From: Candidatus Sericytochromatia bacterium
Lineage (GTDB): Bacteria; Cyanobacteriota; Sericytochromatia; S15B-MN24; JAQBPE01
Reading direction: 5' to 3'
DNA length: 64,000 bases
Assembly (NCBI GenBank): GCA_036675505.1
Contig: JAKFEW010000058.1
Span: 7,516-71,515 of the forward strand
Below, piece by piece: positions 17,525 to 27,810 of this stretch. Numbering within the stretch: position 1 is the first letter of the stretch; every line of letters starts with the position of its first letter. The translations under genes were made by a program, and so were the position numbers. Under the pieces are notes generated by a model, which was not told the origin of the DNA, made no database searches, and was given only the letters and a program-made list of their open reading frames with translations.

Positions 17525-20500
17525 AGCGTGAACTCCTCGAACTCGGCGTCCTCGCCGGCAGGCGGCAGGAAGGTCCAATCGGCCGCGACGTCGGCCGCCG
17601 CAGCGCCGCCCAGCAGCGCCAGCGCCAGCACGTGGCGCGGGCCGAGCGCGAGGTCCGGCGCCACGCGGCCGAAGTCCATCGCGCCGACGGCGCACAGGCC
17701 GAGCCCGGCCGGCGGTGCGGCTTCGCGCAGGATCTGGGCGATCGCGCCGGCCTCGAGCAGCGCGAGGTCGCGGGCGGCCTCGCCGTAGACCGGGGCGATC
17801 GCGTCGAGGTCGCCGATGAGGTAGATGGCGAAGGCCGCGCCGTCGGCGATCGCCCGGTTCATGAAAACATGCACGTCGGGATCGAAGGCCGCGCCCGGCC
17901 GGATCGGCACGAGGCGATGGTCGTCGGGGTGGTGGTAATACGTGCCGCCCGGCAGGTCCGTCACGGCGTCGGGCCTGACCTGCAGGTGGACCTGGACGGG
18001 GTAGAGCGCGCCCGCGGAGCCGTAGCGGAGCTTCGGACGCCCGTCGACGGTCTCGGCGCGCAGGCCGGCGAGCAGCGCGCCGATCGCCGAGAGCGAGATC
18101 GGGCCGGGCCCGAAGACCCGGGCGCTGTGGCCTGTGTGCGCGGAGGCGTCGCCCGCGAGCTGGACGGGCGGCCCGGCCTGCGCCAGCGTGCGCAGCCCGG
18201 GCCTGGCGTTCTTGAAGGCCTCGCGCTCGGCGGGGTCGAGCAGGATCCGCGGCCCGGTCGGGCGCGGCGCGCCGCCGCCGTGCGCCGCATACCAGGCGGC
18301 GACCGCCTCGATGGTCCGCATCCCGAGCAGCTCGGCCATCGCGGGCCGGGCACCCAGATCCTCCTCGAGCCGGTTGGCGAGCCGCACCAGCTCAATCGAG
18401 GCGACGCCGAGCGCGAGCAGGTCGGCGCGCGGGTCGAGGCTCGGCAGGCCGAGGGCCTCCGCGGCCATGGCGGCGAGGCGGGTGACGAGGGCCGGGTCGG
18501 CGGCGGGGTCTGCCGCCTGGGAAGGCGTGGCGGTGGTCTCGGCGAGGGTGGTGAGCGCGCGCCGGTCGACCTTGCCGTTGGGGGTGAGGGGCAGGGCGTC
18601 GAGGGCGTGGAGGGAGGTGGGGACGAGGGCCTCGGGCAGCCGGGCGGCCAGCCACGCCAGCACCCCTTCCCCCTCCGGGTGCCCGACGACGAACGCCACC
18701 AGGCGGCGGGCATGCCGATCCCCCACCGCCACCACCGCCGCCTCGCGCACCGCCGGGTGCCCCGCGAGCGCCGCCTCGATCTCCCCGAGCTCGATCCGCA
18801 CGCCGCGGACCTTCACCTGGTCGTCCTCGCGCCCCAGGAACTCGATCACCACGCCGTCGCCGGCCGGCGCCGGCCGCCAACGGCCGCGATCGCCCGTGCG
18901 GTAGCGCCGCTCGCCGCTCTCGGCGTCGACCACGAACGCCGCGGCGGTCCGCGCCGGATCCCGCCAATACCCTTCGGCCACGCCAGCACCGCCGATGTAG
19001 AGGTCCCCCTCGGCCCACAGCGGCCGGCTCCGGCCGCGCTCATCGCGCACATGGAAAGCCTGGTTCGCCATCGGCCGGCCATACGGCACGCTCGTCCAGC
19101 CGGGCGCGGGCTCACCCGCGTCCTCGCGGATCGACCAGATCGCGGCCTCGGTCGCGCCGCCCAGCGCGACCACGCGGCAGCCGGGCGCATGCGCGCGGAT
19201 GCGGCCCGGCATGTCGACCGGCACCCAGTCGCCGCTCAGCATCGCCGCGCGCAGGCCGGCCGGGAAGGCGTCCGCGCGGCCCTCGGCGTGCGCGAGCAGC
19301 ATCGCCATGAGCGGGGGCGCCGAGTTCCAGACCGTCACCCGGCCCTCGGCCATGCGGGCGGCCCAGGCCGCCGGCTCGCGCGCCTCGCCGGGCGCGAGCG
19401 TCACCACCGCTGCGCCTGCGGCGAGCGGCCCGAAGACGTCCCAGACGGCGAGGTCGAAGCCGGGCGCCGAGAGGGCCAACACGCGGTCCGCGGGGCCGAG
19501 CCCGAGGTCGGCGTTCACGTCAACGATGGTGTTCGCGGCCGCGCGCTGCGCGACGACCACGCCCTTGGGCTCGCCGGTGGAGCCTGAGGTGAAGACGACA
19601 TAGGCCGGCGCCGCCGGCGCGGGGCCCTGCGGCAATGGCACCTCCGCCGCGCCCGCCGCGAGCGCCAGCGGCGCGACGTCCATGACCTCCGCGAGCAGCC
19701 CCTCATCGCCCGCCCGCACCACCGCGGCGCCGGCGCCGGCCAGCGCGAGCAGCTGGGCCCGGCGGGCGGGCGGGGCGGCCGGATCGATCGGCACCCATGG
19801 CACGCCGGCGAGCGACGCGGCGAGGACGCCCACGACGGGCTCCCAGCCGCGATCGACGAGCAGGGCCACCGGCCGGCCGGGGCCGAGGCCGGCGGCGCCC
19901 AGGCGGGCGGCCAGCGCCGACGCCTCGGCACGTAGCGTCGCGTAGTCGAGCGTGCGATCCGGCGCGATCACGGCTGGGGCGTCCGGCCGTTCGGCGGCGC
20001 GGGCCAGGAAGGCCATGTGCAGGGTCTGGGCCGGCATCGGCGCGGCGGTCGAATTGGCGGCGGCGATCGCCCGCGCGTCCGCCGCAGGCAGCGCCACGGC
20101 CACCGGCCGCTCCCAGGTCGCCTCCGGCGCCGCCAGGCCGGTGAGCACGGCGTCGTACGCCGCCGCCAGCGCGTCGAGCACGCCCGGCGCCAGGTGGCCG
20201 TCCACGGCGTCCCAGTGCCACGCGAGCCCGCCTGCCAGCTGCATGACCTGGTGGTCGAGCACCACCTGCGGCGTCTGCGTCAGGGCATGGACCAGCTCGC
20301 CGCCGAGCGGCGACGCCCCCAGGTCGCCCTGATCGAGCACCGAGGTGAACACGACGGGGAAGGCCGCCGGCTCGCCGCGCTGGCGGGCCCATTCGCGCAT
20401 CACCCAGAGGCCACCGGCGTCGGCGTGATCGAGGTCTTCCCAGAGCCGGGCCTGGACCGTGCGGCAGCGCGCGCCGAAGCCGAGGACCTCGGCGTGGTCC

Positions 20501-23500
20501 AGCGCGAGCGGCGTCAGCGTCGTGAAGTCGCCCACCACGCGCTCGACGTCCGGGTGCAACGGGAGGCGTCTGAACGTGGGCAGGTTGAGCGTGAAGGCCG
20601 GCCGCCGCGCCCAGGCCGCGAGCACCTCGCCGAAGGCCGCCAGCACGGCGGCGGTCGGCGAGACGTCATATTCGGCCGCGCGCTCGCGGAAGCGCGCCCA
20701 GGCGTCCGGCGTCAGGCCGCCCGACCGGCGCACGAAGGTGGGCCGGCCGTCCGGCGGCGTCGGCGCGAGCGGCAGCTCGGGCGCTTCCGGCAGCGCGGGC
20801 AGGCGCATGCGCCACCAGTCGCGCGCGGCGGTGACGGCGGCGGCGCCGCTCGCCTCGCGGGCCGCGTCGGCCAGGACGTAGTCGCGGAAGGCGAGGGTCG
20901 GCGCGGATCCCAGCTCCGCGCGCGGATCGCGGTACAGGGCGTCGAGCTCGCGCGCCAGGATGCCCAGGCTCGCCGCGTCGGCCACCAGGGCGTCGAGGCC
21001 GAGGTGCAGCCGCACCACCTCGTCCGGCAGGCGGCTCGCGCGCAGCGCCAGCAGCGGCCAGCGGTCGGCCGGGCGCACCTCATGGGACCATTCCGACCGC
21101 CGATCCGCGAGCGCCTTCGCGCGGTCCGCAGGCGCCAACGGCCGGAGGTCGGCCTCCTCGAGCGGGAACGGCGGGACCGCGGGGAGCACGCGTTGGCGGC
21201 CCCGATCGTCCACCACCGCGCGCAGCATGGGGTGGCGCGCGACGAGCGCGTCAACGGCCGTGCGCAGGCGCTGGAGATCGAGGCCGGGCACGTCGAGCTC
21301 GACGTAGGCGTGCGCGGCGACGCCGCCGCCCGTGAGGCTCGCGTCGCGGCCGACCCAGTAGGCCGCTTGCACGGGCGTGAGCGGGAAGGGCTGATGGGCG
21401 GCGGCCGGATCGGGCAGGAGCGCGACCGCCGCCGCCGCGGGGGCGCTCGCGATCGCCCGCGCCATCCCGGCGACGGTGGGGTCGGCGAAGACGGCCGCGA
21501 GCGGCAGCTCGACGCCGAAGCGATCGCGGACGCGGGTGATCAGGCGCCAGGCGAGGAGCGAATGGCCGCCGAGGGCGAAGAAGCTCGCGCGCCGCCCGAC
21601 GACGGGCACACCGAGGACGTCGGCCCAGAGCGCCTCGACCGCGGCTTCGCGATCGTCCACGGGCTGCTCGACGCCGGCCGGGGCCGGCGGCTCGGGAAGG
21701 GCCCGGCGGTCCACCTTGCCGGCGGAAGAGAGCGGGAGGGCGGTGAGGAGGACGAGCGCGGCGGGGACCATGGCGGCGGGCAGCTGCGCGGCGAGCCACG
21801 GCAAGATCTCTTCCGCGTCCCCCGCAAGAGCGGCCGGAACCTCCGCGCCGGAGGTGGCGAGCGGGTGCAGGACGACGTAGGCCACCAGGCGCTCGGGGTC
21901 GCCCTTCGCCGCCACCGCGCATGCCGCGACGGCCGGATGCGACGCGAGCACCCCCTCGACCTCGCCCGGCTCCACGCGCACGCCGCGCACCTGAACCTGC
22001 GCGTCCACGCGCCCCAGGAACGCCAGCGCCCCGTCCGGCAGCCGGCGCGCGCGATCGCCCGTCCGGTACCACCGCCCGTCGCCCGGCAATTCCACGAAGC
22101 GCGCCGCGGTGAGCGCCTCGTCGCGCCAGTAGCCGAGCGCGACGCCGGCACCGCCGACCCACAGCTCGCCCGGCGCCCCGGCGGGCACCGCGCGGCCGGC
22201 GGCGTCGGCCACCCGCACACGGACGCCCGCGATCGCCCGGCCGATCGCCGGGGCCCCGGCGCCGGCGGCCACTACGTTCCCGGCGGTCGCCTCGTCCCCG
22301 GCGGCCGCCACGTCCCCGGCGGTCGCGACCACCGCGGCCTCGGTCGGGCCATAGTGGTTCACCACGCGGAAAGGCAGGCCCTGTGCCGGCCTGCGGTTCA
22401 GGCGATCGCCCCCCGTCAGCAGCGCGCGCAGCCGCCCGCCCGTCGGCCATGCCAGGCCCAGCACGTGCTCCGCCAGCGCCGTCGGCAAGAAGGCCACCGC
22501 GATCGCGTTCGCCACCAGCCAGGCCGGCCAGGCGTCCGGGTCGGTCGCCGCCGGATCGGGCGCCACCACGAGCGTCGCGCCGGCCGCGAGGGCCGGCCAG
22601 ATCTCCCAGACCGACGCGTCGAAGCCGGGGCTCGCCACCAGCGCCACGCGATCGCCCGCGGCCAGCCCGTAGGCGGCCAGGTGCCAGCCCACCAGGTTGG
22701 CGCGCCCGCCGGCGGAGACCACGACGCCCTTGGGTCGTCCTGTCGAGCCGGAGGTGAAGATCAAGTAGGCAGGTGCCGCCGGCGCCCAGGCGGCATCGCA
22801 GGCCGCCACCACCGAGCCCGCCGGCCCGTCGTGCCAGGCCGCGCGCAATTCAATCACGGGCCCGGCCAGCGCGACCTCGCCGGCCACCAGCGCCACCGGC
22901 GCGCCGAGGTCGGTCGCCATCGCGGCGAGCCGCGCGGCGGGCTGAGCCGGGTCGAGCGGGGCGGCGATCGCGCCCGCGATCGCCGTCGCCAGGTGCGCGA
23001 GCACGAGCTCGGCCGAGCGCGGCGCCACGATCGCGACCGGCACGCCAGGCCCGGCGCCGGCGGCGACGAGCCGGCCCGCGAGCGCGCCTGCCCGGGCGAG
23101 CAGGTCGCCGTAGGTCCAGGTCGTATCGCCGTCCACCACCGCCGGCGCGTCGGCCGGCGCCGCCCGCACGCCCGCCAGCAGGTCGATCGCGGGTGGCGCG
23201 GGCGCCGCGTCCTCGGCCTCGGCCGGCCCCAGCGCGAGGGCACCGAGGGGCGTGTCGGGCGCGTTCGCTCCCGCCGCGAGGACGTGCGTGAATTGGTCCA
23301 TCAGCGCCCGCACGGTCGCGGGCTCCCAGAGCGCCGCGTCGTACTCGGCGATCAGGCGCACGCCGGCGTCGGTCTCGTGCAGGCCGAAGGCGAGATCGAA
23401 CCGCGCGGTGCCCGGGTCCACCTCGACCGGCTCGGCGACCAGCCCGGCCACGACCGGCGCCCGCAGGGGCGCATGCCAGGCGAAGGCCACCTGGAACAGC

Positions 23501-26500
23501 GGCGACGACGCGAGGTCGCGCACCGGCGCGAGCGCCTCGACCAGCCGCTCGAAGGGCACGTCCTGGTTGGCCATCGCGTCGAGCAGGGTCCGTCGCACGC
23601 GTGCGGCCAGCTCGCCGAACGTCGGGTCGCCGGCGAGGTCGCCGCGCACCACCAGCATGTTGAGGAAGCACCCGATCAGCGGCTCGAGGCCGGGGTGGTG
23701 GCGGCCGGAGATCGGCGTGCCGACACAGAGGTCGTCCTGCCCGCTCCAGCGCCCGAGCACCGTCAAGAAGGCCGTGAGCGCGACCATGAAGCGCGTGGCG
23801 CCGGTGGTCCGCCCGAAGGTGTCGGCCGCCGCGACCGCAGCCGGCGGCAGCCAGGCGGCGAGGGTCGCCCCGCGGCCGGTCCGGGCGGCCGGGCGCGGAT
23901 GATCGGTCGGCAACGCGAGGCGGGCCGGCGCGCCGGCCAGCCGCTCGCGCCAATAGGCGAGCTGCGCGTCGAGCGCGGGCGCCTCCCGCGTGGCCTGCTG
24001 CCAGATCGCGTAATCGGCGTACTGCAGCGGCAGTGCCGGCAGCGCGGTCGGATCGCCCACGGGGTAAAGCGCCGCGAGCTCGTGCATCAACACGGCGAGC
24101 GACCAGCCGTCGCCGATCGCGTGGTGGAGCGTGACGCCGAGCAGGTGCTCCTCGGGCGTAAGGCGGATCAAGCTGGCGCGGAACAGCGGGCCCGCCGCGA
24201 GATCGAAGGGCCGGCTGGCTTCGGCGACCAGCCGGGCGCGTGCTTCAGCCTCCGCGACGTCGGCGGGCAGCGCCGCCAGGTCGAGCAGCGGCAGCGGCAG
24301 CGCCGCAGGCGGCGCGATCGCCTGCACCGGCCCGTCCGGCCCCTCGGGCAGCGACGTGCGCAGCGCCTCGTGGCGTGCCGTGATCGCGTCGAGCGTGCGG
24401 CCGAGCGCCACGCGGTCCAGCGGCCCGCGCAGCCGCATCGCGCCCGCCACCTGGTAGCCGGCCGCCCCGGGGGCCAGGCGCTCGAGGAACCACATCCGCC
24501 GCTGCGCGAACGAAGCCGGCACCACCGCGGGGCGGGGCGTCGCGGCCGTCGGCGGCGGCAAGGCCTCGCCGGCCGCCGCCAGCCGGTCCGCGATCTCGCC
24601 GGCGAGCCGGGCCAGGCTCGGCCCCTCGAGCAACAACGCCATCGGCAGCGCCACGCCGAGGTCGCGCCGCACCCGGTTGTTCAGCTCCATGCCCACGAGC
24701 GATCCGACGCCCAGCGTGGTGAGCGGGGCCTCAGGGTCGAGCTTCACCGCCGCCACGTCGAGCAGCCGGCCGAGCTCGCGCGTGAGGGCGTCGCGCAAGG
24801 CCGCGAGCCGCTCGGCACGCGGCAGCGCCCGCAACGCGGCGGCGTCGAGGCCAGGGGAGGGGACATCGAGGCCAGGGACATCGAGGCCGGGGATCCCGCC
24901 ACCGGCACCCGAGCCGGGACCCGACGCGGGGACCACGCGCTCGCCGATCGGCGCGGCGCCCAACGCCCGCAGCGGCGCCGCGGGGCGCTCTTCGAGCCAG
25001 TGGCGCTCTCGGCGCCAGGGATAGGTGGGCAGGTGAACGTGTTCCCCGGCCGGCACGAGCGCGTCCCAGTCGATCACAGCCCCCAACGCCCACAGCGCGC
25101 CGGCCGCCTCGCGCGCCGCGAGCGGCTCGGCGCGGTCCCGGCGGAGCACGCCGATCACGTCCGGCGGCGCGCCGCGCTCGGCGAGCACGTCCGCGACCGC
25201 CGGGGCGAGCGCGGGGTGGGCGGAGAGCTCGAGCACGATCGGCGCTTTTTCGGCGGCGGCGATCGCCGCGACCGCCTCGGCGAGCCGCACCGGCCGGCGC
25301 ATGTTGGCCCACCAGTAGGCCGCGTCGAGCGGGCCTGCGAGCCGCCCGCCGATGACGGTCGACCACATGGGCAGCACCGGCGGCCGCGGCACCACATCCG
25401 CGAGCGCCGCGAGCAGGTCCTCGCGCAGCGGCTCCACGACGGGGCTGTGCGAGGCGACCAGCGTGCCGCGCACCAGCCGGGCGAAGCCGCCCTGCTCCTC
25501 GACCGCGGCGACCACGGCCTCGAGCGCCGCCTGCTCGCCGGCAAGCAGCGTCTGGCGGGGGCCGTTCACGGCGGCGATCCAGGCGCGGTCGGCGTGGGGG
25601 GCGATCGCCGCCAGCGCCTCGGCCTCGGACAAGGCCACGGCCGCCACGGTGCCCGCGCCGGCCATCGTCTGCATGATCCGCGCCCGCCGCGCGACCACGC
25701 GGCAGGCGTCGTCGAGCGTGAGGCCGCCGGCCGCCCAGGCCGCGGCGATCTCGCCGAGGCTGCCGCCCACCACGGCGGTCGGCGTCACGCCCCAGCTGCG
25801 CAGGAGCGCGGTGAGGCCGACCTGGAGAGCGAATTGCAGGGGCTGGGCGACGTCACCGCGCTGCCAGCGTGCGTCGCCGCCGTCCGAAGCCATCGCGTCG
25901 AGCAACGACCAGGCACCCAGCTCCCCCTCGGCGAGGAAGGGGGCGATCGCCGCATCCACCTCGGCCACGGCCGCGCGGAACGCCGGCTCGGCCAGCAGCT
26001 CGCGACCCATCCCGGCGCGCTGGGCGCCCATGCCGGGATAGAGGAACACGATCGGCCGGGCGCGGCCGGCCGCGCGGGCGAAGCCCGTGGGATCCGCGTC
26101 CGCCACGTCCGCGAGGCGCGCGAGCAGGCCATCGCGGTCGGCGGCGGCGATCGCGCGGCGGATCGGCAGGTGGGCACGGCGGCGCAGGGCCGTGTGGCAG
26201 ACGTCGGCGGGGACGAGGGCAGGGTCGGCCGCGAGGGCGGCGTGCAGGCGGCGGGCGAGGGCGGCCAGGGCCGCGGGGTCGCGGGCGGAGAGGGGCAGCA
26301 CCAGCACCCTTTCCCTCTCCGGGTGGGTTCGTGGGGGGGCTGGAAATGGGGAGAGGTCCCCGCAGGGGGGTGAGGGGGCTCTCGGCGCCTGGAAAGCCTC
26401 CCCACACCCACTCCGTGGGAGCTCCCCTCCTTTCCAGCCGCCCCACGAACCCACCCCGGGAGCAAAAGGGTGCTCCAGGATCACATGGCAATTCGTCCCC

Positions 26501-27810
26501 GCGAACCCGAACGCGCTGACGCCCGCCACCCGCGGCCCCGCGGGCCAGGGCCCGGCCTCCTGCTGCAAGGCCAGCCCCAGCGCCTCGAACGCGATCCGCC
26601 CGCTCGGCGGGTCCCCATGCAACGTCGCCGGAATCACCCCGTGCCGCAGCGCCAGCGCCGCCTTGATCAGCCCCGCCACGCCGGCGGCCGCCTCCAGGTG
26701 GCCCAGGTTGCTCTTCACGGCGCCCAGCCGCAGCGCCCGGTCGGCCGGACGGCCCGTGCCCAACACGGCCCCCAGCGCGGCCGCCTCGATCGGGTCGCCG
26801 AGCGGCGTGCCCGTGCCATGCGCCTCCACGTACGCCAAGTCGCCGGTCGCCACGCCCGCGTCGCGGCAGGCCGCCGCGAGCAGCGCCCGCTGGCCAGCCG
26901 GGTTCGGCGCGGTGATGCCGTTGGTCCGGCCGTCCTGGTTGATCGCGCCGCCGCGCACCACCGCGTAGACGTCGTCGCCGTCGGCGCGGGCCTGCGCCAG
27001 CGGTTTCAAAACCACGATGCCCACGCCCTCGCCGCGCACCATGCCGTCCGCCCCTTCGCCGAACGCGGCGCAGCGGCCGGCCGGCGAGGTGGCCAGGGCC
27101 TGGGCGAAGCCGATGTGCAGCGCCGGCGAGAGGATCACGTTGACGCCGCCCGCGAGCGCGAGCGTGCACTCGCCGGACCAGATCGCCCGGCAGGCCGTGA
27201 GCACCGCCACCAGCGACGCCGAGCACGCCGTGTCGAGCACCAGGCTCGGCCCGCGCAGGTCGAGGTGGTAGGAGATGCGGTTGGCGATCGCGCAGGCCGC
27301 CGCGCCCGCGTTCGTGTGCATATCGACAGCGTCCGGGTCGCGCAGCGCCCGCTGGGCGTAGTCCGCGCTCGCGACGCCCATGAAGACCCCGGCCGCGCTG
27401 CCCGAGAGCGCATCCAGCGCCACGCCCGCATCCTCCAGCGCCTCGACGGCCACCTCGAGCGCGAGCCGCTGCTGCGGGTCCATCGCCGCCGCCTCGCCGG
27501 GCGAGATGCCGAAGTAGCGCGCGTCGAACAGGTCGACGCGGTCCAGGAAGCCGCCCCGTGGGCTGTTCGTCCGCCCCGGCATCGCCGGCCGCGGGTCGTA
27601 CAGCGCGCCCTGATCCCAGCGATCCGCCGGCACCTCGCCGACCGCGTCGCGGCCCTCGACGAGCAGCTGCCAGAACGCCGCGGGGCCGTCCGCGCCCGGG
27701 AAGCGGCAGCCGATCCCGACGATCGCGATCGGCTCCCGGCCATACACCTCGGACTCCCGCCCGGTCACGGCCGGATCCAGTCCCGCCTCGGCAGGCTCGC
27801 GCGCGCTCAC
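17521..27810 (-). CDS. Hybrid PKS-NRPS megasynthase 1: KS-AT-ACP, C-A-PCP, Cy-A(Cys)-PCP-Ox (3429 aa)
   Basis: GTG at 27810 overlaps the TGA of the LLM gene. Motifs: DTACSAS + HGTGT (KS), GGSLGE + VASHS (AT), GVGSL (ACP), HHAIGDGWS (C), [12 protein letters not shown] (A), [10 protein letters not shown] (PCP), [14 protein letters not shown] + DALVADAAS (Cy, DxxxxDxxS), [12 protein letters not shown] + FDLAVWD (A), a C-terminal McbC/nitroreductase-like FMN oxidase. Confidence 0.9.
17524..18258 (-). other. C-terminal FMN-dependent oxidase (Ox) domain, McbC/SagB/nitroreductase-like; predicted thiazoline to thiazole
   Basis: About 245 aa after PCP2. [26 protein letters not shown] and [10 protein letters not shown] resemble Ox domains of thiazole-forming NRPS (EpoB/MtaD/BlmIII type). 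Acidic C-terminal tail [10 protein letters not shown] may be a docking peptide. Confidence 0.6.
18286..18498 (-). other. PCP domain 2, megasynthase 1
   Basis: [23 protein letters not shown] (variant GxxS carrier motif). Confidence 0.5.
18541..20013 (-). other. Adenylation domain 2 (Cys-type), megasynthase 1
   Basis: [24 protein letters not shown] (the FDLSVYD block typical of Cy-module A domains). [12 protein letters not shown] gives I330 W331 as in the Cys code [43 protein letters not shown]. Confidence 0.65.
20041..21390 (-). other. Heterocyclization (Cy) domain, megasynthase 1
   Basis: N-terminal [15 protein letters not shown]. Core [16 protein letters not shown] (DxxxxDxxS in place of HHxxxDG). 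Confidence 0.7.
21436..21663 (-). other. PCP domain 1, megasynthase 1
   Basis: [17 protein letters not shown]. Confidence 0.7.
21691..23178 (-). other. Adenylation domain 1, megasynthase 1; specificity undetermined, D235 A236 W239 … V330 V331 looks Glu/Gln-like and is not committed
   Basis: [80 protein letters not shown]. Confidence 0.6.
23221..24528 (-). other. Condensation domain, megasynthase 1
   Basis: [12 protein letters not shown]…HHAIGDGWS. Confidence 0.7.
24586..24813 (-). other. ACP domain, megasynthase 1
   Basis: [24 protein letters not shown] (Ser in the GVGSL context). Confidence 0.55.
25171..26055 (-). other. Acyltransferase domain, megasynthase 1; variant active site GGSLG instead of GHSxG; VASH motif suggests a (2S)-methylmalonyl-type extender
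   Basis: [38 protein letters not shown]. Confidence 0.6.
26305..26476. mobile_element. MITE-like composite repeat (about 172 bp) bounded by inverted copies of the 45-bp TIR, inserted in-frame in the KS-AT linker of megasynthase 1 (aa ~448-502)
   Basis: Forward TIR 26306-26357 (caccctttccctctccGGGTGGGTTCGTGGGGGGGCTGGAAAtgggg). Inverted TIR 26420-26472 (…ccagccgCCCCACGAACCCACCCCgggagcaaaagggtgctc). The internal segment shares ggagaggtcCCCGCAGGGGGGTGAGGGGGcTCTC with the element at 43579. Translated as [53 protein letters not shown] with no stop. Confidence 0.6.
26470..27732 (-). other. Ketosynthase domain, megasynthase 1 (condensing, Cys present)
   Basis: [49 protein letters not shown]. Ends …[11 protein letters not shown] at aa 447. 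Confidence 0.75.

Noticed and set aside
22850-23953. Several 100-370-aa minus-strand ORFs nested inside the megasynthase genes (e.g. 22850..23953, 21251..22450, 15543..16688)
   Set aside because: They are alternate frames of the same strand as the real megasynthase genes. The genuine frame is identified by contiguous KS/AT/C/A/PCP motifs; the others are Arg/Pro/Gly-rich.
20017-26373. 2118-aa plus-strand ORF; likewise 10928..14278 +, 27558..31256 +, 25853..28132 -, 1554..2723 - and many Arg/Ala/Gly/Pro-rich ORFs in the track
   Set aside because: They are antisense or out-of-frame to the megasynthase genes. They have Arg/Gly/Pro-dominated low-complexity translations with no domain motifs. Long spurious ORFs like these are expected at ~70% GC.
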